From assembly GCF_008831285.2 (NCBI RefSeq), contig NC_045138.2:9486001-9550000 (forward strand): 64,000 nucleotides of DNA, written 5' to 3'. This stretch comes from Nymphaea colorata. Its lineage: Eukaryota. The first letter of the stretch is position 1. Every line of letters starts with the position of its first letter. Below are positions 53,501 to 64,000 of the stretch, piece after piece. The position numbers and the translations under genes were made by a program. Under the pieces are notes generated by a model. The model did not search any database, had not been told where the DNA came from, and saw nothing but the letters and a program-made list of their open reading frames with translations.

Positions 53501-54120
53501 CTTTCTATATATCAAGAAAAGGAGCCAAATACACAAGCAACAATATCCCTACTGTTTTAAGAAAAACAGTGAACTCAAGAGAACAATAACACTCTCTTAT
53601 GTGAATGAAAGAAAGATCCCCAAAGATTCAAAAAAGAAATCACCCAATGAAGACTCCCCTCATTTTTCCTTCTTTCTCTTTCCTCTTTCTTCTTGGCGTG
53701 CCAATCGACTCACGCGCCTTGCTTTTCCTCTTCTCTTCCTTGCCTTCCTCTTCTTCTTCTCCTTCTCCTTCTCCTTCTCCTTCTCCTCCCGTATGCAGCC
53801 ACAAGAGGTCCCTTCTCTTTTTCCCCAAAAGAGAACAACGAGGGAGAAATATGTGAGAGGCGTTGTGAGGAAGGGCACCATCCTTTCTCCCGCCCGTCAC
53901 TTAAGTGACGGGCCGGGTCGGGTCTTGAGGCTGGACCCGACCCAACAACACCATCACTCTTGGCGCTAGCCTCGCTGGAGTAATAATCACCATCGTGATC
54001 ATCATCTCTATCTCTAGAAAGGGGCGCCCTGATGGGCGGCAAGGGGGAGCCTGACGTAACGGCAGATGACGAAAGCGTCCCCTTTGCCCTGTAAAACGCA
54101 GCTGGGAGCCATGCATCCGT
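47556..54120 (-). pseudogene. TOC159-like plastid import receptor, acidic N-terminal domain only; 54120-53948 + 48567-47556, split by a Copia insertion
   Basis: Removing the element and one ACACC TSD restores one frame: DAWLPAAF..PPIRAPLSRD..SDGV|ASHFSDDSASFLSRDDEFETASE..MVPVAKLTSE..SSIIYVDVAG. IRAPLS, EFETASE and PVAK resemble TOC159 A-domain N-termini. No GTPase or M domain follows; likely start codon reads ACG. Confidence 0.72.
48573..53947 (-). mobile_element. Full-length Ty1/Copia retrotransposon (Tnt1/Tork-TAR-like); 5' LTR 53272-53947, 3' LTR 48573-49249
   Basis: TG..CA LTRs of ~677 bp; TSD ACACC at 48568-48572 and 53948-53952; PBS TGGTATCAGAGC (53257-53268); PPT at 49250-49260. Gag (WKAKMEDLLYCKDLY), CCHC knuckle, integrase (VYSDVCGP, LRTDNGGEY), RT (LLYVDDML), RNase H (STTEAEY); polyprotein broken by stops and frameshifts. 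Confidence 0.97.
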
Positions 54121-55159
54121 GGTGGTGTTCCTTTCCTTTCCGCCCTTCCTGGTTTTGGCTTTGGAGCGCAAAACATCAAGCACTTATAAAGAGGACGTGA
54201 AATCCTTTTCCCATTCTTAAACTTTTCCTTTTTGTTGACACATTTCTCTCTCTCCCCTCTCTCTCACATTTTATGCCTCAATGCTCGTAAGGCAAGGGCT
54301 TATAAACTCTTTGTTTAATTTTTCATATTTTATGTTAAAAAATGATAACCGTACATTTTGAAGAAGCTAATTTGGTAGAGGGCATGTACTGACATGGCGT
54401 ATATAGACAATTTTTTAGTCCATGAATTGAAAACTTTTGGGCACATATGATTGAAAAAGACAAGCACAAGCATAATGAACAAATTTCTTTGGAAAAGTAA
54501 AAATAATCATCATGTCATCGGCATGAAAAATCAATTTCAGTAAGCTTGAATTCAGCTATCAGCAAGCGATTCAGTCTTTCAACTTTAGAAGCTTTTCGCA
54601 TAAAATCTGAAAAAGGATTTAGCTTGAATTATAAGTCAGCTTATTCAAATCGACTTGGAAAAGAAGAGATGTAATTGCTTGCTTTGATATTACTTCCTTT
54701 ATTGTTCGTTTACTCTGTTATTTCACAATTATGCTTCTAATTGATTAAACTTCATAACTCATTATTTACTTCTTTCATATTATTTGCGAAAGCTTAGCTT
54801 TAGTGTTTCCTTAATGTATATTTTTTTGTATTTAAAGAAATTTAAATATGTCAAAATTTCAATGGAGAAAGAATCCAATGTGATTCTAGGCTTTTCATGA
54901 TACGAGTTTATCAAACAACAGCTTTTAATAATCATTGGGATAGATTAAGTTCACCATGAATGCTTTCCGCAGATTCAGATTGTCGATAGATAATTGTTTT
55001 CCAATATCTTAGGCCAAAGTTTGCGCTGGATTCTACAGTTCCTAGTTGCCTTAGGAGTTAGGATTCTCAATATCCATTAATGACACTCAGCATCCTTAAT
55101 GTTTCTTAAAGAGGCACTGCCGTTCATCATCTCTGTGATTTTGAACATTGGTTGTCACT

Positions 55160-57587
55160 GCCAAATTATAAGTCTATGTTATGCCTACAATATTCATAAA
55201 AATCACAAGTTTGACTTAAGGGAAAGACGATGCATATTTCTTGGATATCTATATGGTCAATCAACTTACAAGGTTTATAATCTTGAAAGTGGATCGTTAT
55301 TCACCAGTAGAGAGGTCAGATTTTGTGAAAATCATTTTCCTTATAAACATGACATGCACACTCAGAAAAATGAACAAGTGGTTCTTCCTTTACCATTCAA
55401 TGATTCTGTCTCAGGTGAGCATGAGTTTCTTTCAAACCCAAAAGACCTTCTTAACAATACCCCATCCAATCTAGAACATGAGTTTCTTTCAAACCCAAAA
55501 GACCTTCTTAACAATACCCCATCCAATCTAGATGATGAGACCAACCCTGATCCCATTCCTCAATCAATAGAGCATACCCATTGTGATTCAGTCAACTTCA
55601 CATATCTACGCGACCTAAGCTTATACCGACTTATCTTAAGGACTACAAATGCTTCTCAGTCCTGCCCAGTTTCAGCCATTTGTTGAAGAGTGATAGGACA
55701 AGCCTCACAAAAGGTACTCGTTACCCGATTGCACAATGTGTTGATATCACTAACTTCAATTCCAATTACAAGTGTTTCCAATTACAAGTTTTTCATGTCT
55801 ACCCTCCTTAAGCAACATGAACCTTCATCCTTTGCCCAAGCCATGCAGGATCCTAGATGGCGTGATGCTATGAAGGTTGAAATTGATGCATTAGAAGCCA
55901 ATCATACACGAAACTTCCTCACGGCAAAGTTCCCATAGGCTACAAATGAGTATTCAAAATCAAATACCAATCTGATGGCTCTGTCGAACGATACAAGACC
56001 CGTTTAGTTGCAAAGGGGTATTACACAAACAGAAGGAATTGATTACAATGAGACATTTGCTTCTGTCACCAAGGTCTATACTATTCGATGTCTTTTGACT
56101 ATTGTCGCTATTCAAAAATGGCACATTTTTCAAGTTGATGTCAATAACGCCTTTCTATATGGTGATCTAGAGGAAAAAGTTTATATGCAATTACCTCCTG
56201 GTTTTAGCCGACAAGGGGATGAAGGAATGACATGCCATCTAAATAAGTCTATATATGGGCTTAAGCAGTCATCTCGAAATTGGTTTTCCAAACTTGCTAG
56301 CTTTCTCAAAGACATGGGCTAGATTCAATCCAAGGCAGATTACTCATTATTCTATAAGATCGACACTAGAGGACATACATTTGTTGTAGTGTATGTGAAT
56401 GACAACATCATTGCAGGGGACGATTTGAATGCAATCAATTCTCTAAATATATTGATGAATGAAAGGTTCAAGTTGAAGGATTTAGGCAGACTCAAATATA
56501 TTCTTGGCATAGAATTAGCTACTTCAAATGATGGTATCTTCTGATCTCAAAAGAAAATATTTTCTCAACATACCCCATGAGACAGCACACATGGGAGCAA
56601 AACCATGTGAGACACCTATGGAACAACACATAAAGTTTGACAATGAAAAGGGAGACATCCTCAAAGATCCAAATCACTATAGAAAGGTGATTGGAAAACT
56701 AATATATCTGACCATAACAAGGCCAGACATTGTTCACACAGTTCACATCTTGAGTCAATTTATGAGTCAACCACGAGTGCCGCATAAAGAAGCCATGAAC
56801 TGTTTATTAAAATATCTAAAGGGAATTGCTAGATATGGAGTTATGGTCATGAGAGGAGCTGATTCACTTCAAAGCATATTGTGATTCAGATTGGGCTTCA
56901 TGTCCAATGACACGAAGTTCTACAAGTGGATACTTACAAGCGGATACTGCACCATGATTGGAAATAGTCATATTACTTGAAAAACCAAGAAGCAAACAAC
57001 AATATCTAGATCATGTGCAGAAGCAAAATACATATCCATGGCCCTCACCACATGTGAACTTATTTGGCTAAAGACATTACTTAAAGATCTCGGGATTGTC
57101 CAGAAAGGGCCCATTACGTTATTCTGTTACAACCAAGCTGCAATGCACATTGCAGCCAATCCAGTGTTCCATGAAAGAACGAAATACATCGAAATTGATT
57201 GTCATGTGGTGAGAGATAAGGTTCAGAATAGAGACATCCAAAGTCAATTCGTTCCCACAGCTAAACAAGTTTTTGACATGTTTACTAAGCCCTTGGGACA
57301 AGAAACATTCCACAATTTAAGAAGCAAGTTGGTGCTTGGCAATCCAAGAGCGTCAACTTGAAGGGGAGTGTTGAAAAGTCGTGCCTTATCAAGATAAGGA
57401 AAATCAATCTTTTAAGAGATCTTATCTTAAGATGAGCTAATCCTTGATCCTAGGCAATATTAAAGGTTTCAATGTATATCATTAAAAACAAAGAGACTAT
57501 ATATTGAGAAGTCGACAATCAATAAAGATACACTTTCTCTCGTTTTTCCTCTTTCTCTCTGGTTCCCTTCTTTCACAAACTTTAATA
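55160..57587 (+). mobile_element. 5'-truncated degenerate Ty1/Copia (integrase C-terminus, RT, RNase H, PPT, 3' LTR from 57369)
   Basis: KFD.R.RRCIFLGY, QVDVNNAFLYGDL, KSIYGLKQSSRNWF, LIYLTITRPDI, IAANPVFHERTKYIEIDCH; PPT TGAAGGGGAG then TGTTGA at 57369; 57-bp tandem duplication at 55420-55532. LTR right end approximate. Confidence 0.88.
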
Positions 57588-57889
57588 CCATTCTTCCTTG
57601 TTCGTATAAAACATGGAAGATGTCATCGAGGATTCTGTAAGATAGAACACCGTTGTTGCTCTGGATTCTTTTGATGATTGTTCGAGGTCAAACGAGAAAA
57701 GGGGCACCTGTTTAGCTTTCTGCCAGGGTGGAGGATATTAATGTCATTTTCTGCCGACAATGATGAGGGCATTTATTTCTTTGAACACCCCTACCGAGTA
57801 GGTTGGGAACAATGTTGGGGTTGAGTCACAGTGTTACACATCGAACAACATGATTTGCTTCATCCAGGTAAAGCATCAGACACTTTATC

Positions 57890-58835
57890 ACTCCAAAATA
57901 TAAACCATGTTCTAAGTTAAATCATTTTTATGAGGGTTTTATTTTTTTATTCAACTCATTGCTTAGAAGTTAAATTAATGCAAAATGTTCAATACTTTCG
58001 AATAGACATTTTTCCGGTGTCTAGATGTAATTTCATTAACTAACGATTTAAATTTGATGAACACCAAATATTTTAATTAATCCATTTTATTGGATTTGTG
58101 AAAATCAATTTGAAATGGTAGAAAAGGTCAAACAGCGTCGACGTCTATCCAAAAGTAGATGGCATTAACCAAATCCATTTGTATTTGTTTGCACATGCAC
58201 ATGTGAAAGAAAGAAATGGCAACTGCATCATAAATTCCATAATCATTTCAAAGCATTATTTATGTCCGACAGTTACCTCTCTTACCCACCATGTTGGTAT
58301 ATGCAATTTCAACACAGCGCGTCTGCACGCGTGCTTACTTTTTGCCTGAAATTCTGATGTTTCTTTACTTTAAGCCTATAACACAAGGTCACTCACACTA
58401 CTAATATAAGATCCAAATCATTCCTATGAGGGTTTTATGTTTTCATTTAACTCATTTCTTAGAAGTCAGATGACTGCAAAATGTTCAATACTTCAGAATA
58501 AAGACATTTTTCCAATGTCTGGATGTTATTTTACTGAATAACAATTTAAGTTTGATCGGCATGAAATGTTTTCAGTAATCCATTTTATTGGATTTGCAAA
58601 CATCAATTTGAAATGGTAGAAAAGGCCAAACATCGTAGACGTCCAACCAAAAGTACATGGCGTTATCCAAAGTCCATCTGTACTTGTTTGCACATGTGTG
58701 TGAAAGAAAGGTTACGTTAGACCGTCACCTCTCTTACCCATTGGTATATGCAATTTCAACACAGCGTGTGTCAGCACGCGTGCATATTTTTTTCTTGAAA
58801 TTCTGATGTTCGTTTACTTCAAGCCTGTAACACAG
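57890..58835. repeat. Diverged ~495-bp tandem duplication (two units)
   Basis: AAATCATT..TATGAGGGTTTTAT at ~57920 and ~58415; ATCAATTTGAAATGGTAGAAAAGG and ATATGCAATTTCAACACAGCG in both units. Confidence 0.85.
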
Positions 58836-59369
58836 GGGTACTCCTTGTTCTCCTCAAGGATATGGTCATGTTTCTACATATTGACGAAGCTGCATTCATG
58901 CGCATTGCAGGCTTCAGGAAACTAAAACGTTCTTTTAAGAGATGACTAATCATTTGTTACTGTGCGCATGCGCCACACAGGTACGGGAGACACACACAGA
59001 CCATTTTACTTTGTCATTGATGATATTGCCTAAAAGCAAGCTGGCTTGATTACTTGGTTTAGGCTGGATGTTTGCTTGTGAAAATTTTCAAACCCCAAAT
59101 ATGGCAGAGTGAGCATCCCATGTCTCCTGCGCTTTTTCCATCTTCCTCACAGTCAAGGATCACATTTCTTTTATTATAGACACAGTCAAGGATCACATTT
59201 CTTTTATTATAGACTCTGCAGGACACTCGTCCTCTGCCCTCCAGTTATTGAAGAAAACAGCAAAACCTGTCTCCTCAAGATAGTATTTGTGTATAATTTT
59301 GAACTCATTGTAATATTCAGGTGTATGACAATGAAAAAAATCTCCACTCCTTAATTGTGCATGACAGTG

Positions 59370-62300
59370 TGTCACGACCTTAACCGAAGGTGTCTATCGT
59401 GGCATCATGGCAACAGTTAGGTCATAGTTAGTGTTCAGTTGAGTTGATTTCAGTTGTTCCAAGAAGTGGGTTGTTCCACATTTTTAGCGATGAGTTATCC
59501 CTGTTAGTGGCAGAGTGGGTCTGCCACGATCCCCTGTTTTGAGGCTTCCACTTCTGCTAGAGGAGTATAAAGCCCTTAGTTGTGAATGGAATTAATATGC
59601 TTTTGATCCCAATTCTTCCTCACTTCTCTCGTCTCCTCCCTACTCTGCTCTCTCCCTCAAGACTTTGTTTAAACAACCAAACTGCAACAAGTGGTATCAG
59701 AGACAACACGACGACTACACACTCCAAAACCACGGAGAGCAAATCGCCAGATGAACTGGTCCAAAGGTTGGAGTCCTCCATGGTCGACTTTCGCCAGGAA
59801 TTCAACCTTCGCCTTCAGGAATCTTGGCAGTGGAACTGTATTTTCAACATGCCGACCAGAGGTTCACCGAATTACAAGAAGCAATCGCTTCATGTCCTAC
59901 TGTTGCTAAGGACTCTGATAATCGAGGGCTCTTAAGTGCACCACCGAATTACAAGAAGAAATCGCTTCATGCCCTACTGTTGCTAAGGACTCTGATAATC
60001 GAGGGCTCTTAGGTGCACTACCTCCCAACCCCACCACAACGGTGGCAACAACTTCCATCACAGCGGCGTCCCCCGCCTCCCCCACCACAATACAAACCAC
60101 CGTCCCACCTATGGTACGGCGCTCTGGTGATATCTCGTTACGCCTCAGTTTTCCAGAGTTCACTCTTACTAATCCTAGGTATTGGATTCAAAAATGTGAG
60201 CAATACTTTGACGTTAATGACATTGACGAACACCGCAAGGTGAAGCTAGCCAGCCTCCATCTCAACGAAGAAGGCGACACTTGGCTATACAATGAACTGC
60301 TCCAACACATTGACCTCACCTGGGCTCAATTTGTGGAGCGACTGTGTGAACGATTTGGCGTTCAAGATTCCGACAGTGTGATTGCAGAATTCAACCACCT
60401 CAAACAAACAGGAACTGTCGCTGATTATATCAAACGCTTCGAGGACTTAAAAGGATAGGTGTTACGTGAAAACGTCACCCTCTCCGATAAGTACTTCATT
60501 TCCTGTTTTATTGGCGGACTCACAGACTCGCTTCAGTCCCTCGTTCGGGCTCACGCACCTCTCACGATTCGGGAGGCCATGGCCAAGGCCAAGTTTCACG
60601 AAGCTGCCTTGAAGTCAATTGCAAAGCACCAACAATTTCGTAGCTCGACGCAGCCCCAATTAAATTCCGAAGGACCTAAACCTCCACGGGATCCACATCT
60701 AGTCAAGAAGGATCCCACATGCTACCGCTGTGGCGCCCCCTGGTTTCGAGGACACTCTTGCAGACCTCGTCCGACCAATGAAGCTCATGCCTTCGACGAA
60801 ACAAGTTTGGACGATGGCGAAGTCATGGAGGACAACCCAGTACCAACCCAAGATGAGCAACTTGTAGAGCTCTCCATGCACGCCATTAATGGGAGTACCG
60901 GTAGCGGCGCATTGAAATTGAGAGGACACATCCGTCACAAGCCGACCCTAATTCTATTAGATACAGGGAGTACCGTAACTTTTATTAATTCCAAGTTCGT
61001 TGATGCTCTTCACTTAGATGTCTAGGACTGTTCGTAAATGACCATTGCCCTTGCCAATGGAACCAGAGTCGTGTGTTCCAAAACTTGTCCTAACTTGGGC
61101 TGGGAGATGTGTGGCAGTCACTTCCGACGTGATTTTCGCATTCTCGATCTTGGTACTTATGACATTGTCCTTGGTAGTGACTGGATGCAGGAGGTGAACC
61201 CCATAACTTTCGATTTTGTGCAATCCCAGACAACAATTAAGAAGAATGGGAAGGAGGTCATTCTTAAGGGCCATCATGTGGACTCGAAACAATTGGAGGA
61301 GCTAAGTTGTCTGATAGCTGGTTGTCCTCCCAAACACATCAACATCCAGTATGTCGAGCAATTGGATTGGGTATTCGAGGTGGATGAAGGCAACAAGCTG
61401 ACAACACTTCCAAAGTCGAATTCTATTGAATTTGATACTTGCAGAGGATCGGACCTTCCCATGGAATTCCGAGAACGGCTACATCTCCGCTCCTTCGCCA
61501 ACATGTTTGAAGAACCCAATCAACTCCTACCTCAACGTTCTCATGACCACAGGATCACGCTAGTACCTGGGACCTCACCAATAGCCGTCCGCCCATATCG
61601 CTACCCCTACCACCAAAAAAGGGAAATAGAGGTCCAAGTGCAACACCTCCTGGATGCTGGGTTTATCTGTCACAATCATAGTCCCTTCGCCTCGCCAGTC
61701 TTGCTCGTTAAAAAGAAGGATGGTAGCTGGCGAATGTGTATGGATTACCGCCAACTCAACTGCCGGACGATCAAGGATCGATATCCGATTCTCATCATAG
61801 ACGACCTTCTTGATGAACTACATGGTGCAAAGGTATTTTCCAAGCTCGACTTATGGGCTGGGTACCATCAAATTCGTATAAAGGAGGAGGACATTCCTAA
61901 GACGGCATTCCGGACACACCAAGGCCATTATGAGTTTCGGGTGCTACCTTTCGGTCTTACTAACACCCCAGCCACCTTCCAGTCCTCAATGAATCAGGTT
62001 TTGGCCTCATCCTTACGTCAATTTGTTCTGGTATTCTTTGATGATATATTGATTTACAACAACGAATTGGCCTTGCACACTGAGCATCTTTCGATGGTGC
62101 TAGAGTTACTCCGCGTGAACAATTCTACCTCAAGTTATCCAAATGTGAATTTGGCATGACTCAAATCAATTACCTGGGACACGTCATATCGGGAGAAGGA
62201 GTCAGTACCGACCCAAAAAAAGTTGAGGCCATGATTAGTTGGCCTACACCCAAAACGATAAGAGAATTGCGGGGCTTCCTCGGCTTAACCGATTACTATC

Positions 62301-64000
62301 GAAAGTTCATACGCAATTATGGTGTGGTGGCGCAACCCCTAACTAAGCTCCTCAAAAAAGATGCCTTCTGCTGGTCTCCAGAAGCGGACGAGACTTTCAC
62401 AAATCTAAAGCACCTCCTATCGACTTCTCCCATCCTTGCATACCCTAACTTTAATAGCGAATTTGTGTTGGAGACAAATGCATCAGAGCGAGGCATCGGG
62501 GCAATCTTAACTCAAAACGGGTGTCCAATTGCATACATGAGCGAAACATTAGGCCCTCGTAATGCCGGCTTGGCCACCTACGAAAAAGAGTTGATGGCTG
62601 TCCTTTCAGTGGTGACGCGTTGGCGGCATTATTTGGAAGGAGCCCATTTCATGATCAAGACGGACCATCGCAGTTTACAATTCCTCTTGGATCAGAAAGT
62701 TCATACAAACTTGCAACGAAAGGGTGTCTCTCGCTTGATGGGGTTGAATTTCTCTATCGCATATTGAAGGGGCTTCGATAACAAGGCGGTTGATGCTCTA
62801 TCGCGCTTCACGAAGATAACCAGGGGTGAAATTCCAACTAGCAACGAGGTGCTCGCTATTTCATCAGTCATTCCAGCCTGGAAGGCTTCGATTGAGAAAA
62901 GTTATCTTGGCAATACCAAGGCAACTCAAATCAAGGAGGAGTTATTAATTACTCCTGATGGCAAACCAAATTTCAAGCTACAACAAGGTCTGCTGAGGTA
63001 CAAGAGCCGTTTTTATATAGGCTGTTCCGGAAATCTTCGCCACGAGATCATTTTTACACGATGCGGCAGTCGGAGGGCACTCGGGCAGGTTAGCAACTTA
63101 CAAACGAATCAAAAGGCATTTTTATTGGCCTGGCCTCAAGAAGGAAGTTGATACCTATATTGCTAACTGTGACACATGTCAGCGATGCAAATCAGAAACC
63201 GTTGCAAACTCCGGTTTACTTCAGCCTCTACCAATTCCAACAGGCAATTGGAAGGATATTGCGCTTGATTTCATTGAAGGGTTGCCTAAATAGCATGGCA
63301 AGGATGTGATATTAGTAGTGGTAGATCGATTCTCTAAATACGGCCACTTCATTGCCATGGCCCATCCGTTCACTGCCATTCAAGTGGCACAAACTCTCTT
63401 CGACAACGTGTTCAAACACCATGGGTTTCCCGAAACAATAGTCTCAGACCGAGACAAGGTCTTCACCAGCAATATGTGGCGTGAGCTCTTCAAAACTTTT
63501 GTCACACAACTGGCCCTTAGCTCAGCATACCATCGCCAATCCGATGGCCAGGCGGAAAGACTCAATCAATGCCTCGAACATTATCTAAGAGCGATGTGTT
63601 TCAATCGACTTGACACCTGGAGCATATGGTTGTCACTCGCTGAATTCTGGAACAATAGTTCCTACCATACTACCATCAAGAGCTCACCATTCGAAGTGGT
63701 TTATGGTTACTTGCCACCTCCCATTTCCGGAATTCGAGACAAACAGCCCTCGATGGCCGTGGTTGCAGATTATACCACCAAACATGCTCAAACGGTGCGC
63801 CTATTATCTGAATCGCTTGCTAAAGCCCAAAATCGCATGAAGATACAAGCTGACAAATGACGAAGTGAGAAGGAGTTCGCTGTAGGAGATTGGGTGTTCT
63901 TGAAGCTCCAGCCTTACAGGCAAAGCTCAATGGCAATCCGTACCAACCTCAAGCTTGCCGCCAAATATTATGGACCCTTCTGCGTCATAGCTCGGGTAGG
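59370..64000 (+). mobile_element. Ty3/Gypsy chromovirus-like (Reina-type) retrotransposon, degenerate; 5' LTR 59370-59689; runs off the right edge
   Basis: LTR TGTCAC...GCAACA; PBS TGGTATCAGAGA at 59692. Gag WIQKCEQYF, protease ILLDTGST, RT FSKLDL.AGYHQIR and VFFDDILIY, RNase H YEKELMAV, integrase GQAERLNQCLEHYLR, then KLAAKYYGPF. Domain order PR-RT-RH-INT; scattered stops. Confidence 0.93.

Overview
Angiosperm nuclear DNA: spliceosomal introns, plant LTR retrotransposons, MITEs and (AT)n microsatellites. Two genes look functional: the 5' six exons of a Trp/Tyr-permease-family transporter (minus strand, 9783 to beyond the left edge) and a two-exon thioredoxin-like Clot/TRP14 gene (21072-21569, WCPDC). 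Retroelements: a 3-kb Gypsy-type solo LTR with TSD, an Ale-like Copia with non-canonical TA..TA LTR ends inside an inositol-polyphosphate 5-phosphatase pseudogene fragment, a full-length Tnt1-like Copia with TSD, two decayed Copia remnants and a chromovirus-like Gypsy running off the right edge. Most unusual: 25.7-54.1 kb holds partial, co-oriented (all minus) pieces of at least five unrelated genes (TOC159 N-terminus, callose synthase, ABCA1, bZIP62-like, LRR-VIII receptor kinase), mostly with GT-AG boundaries retained. This looks like a gene-capture/exon-shuffling mosaic whose carrier element I could not delimit. All family assignments come from motif recognition by eye; no database search was run.
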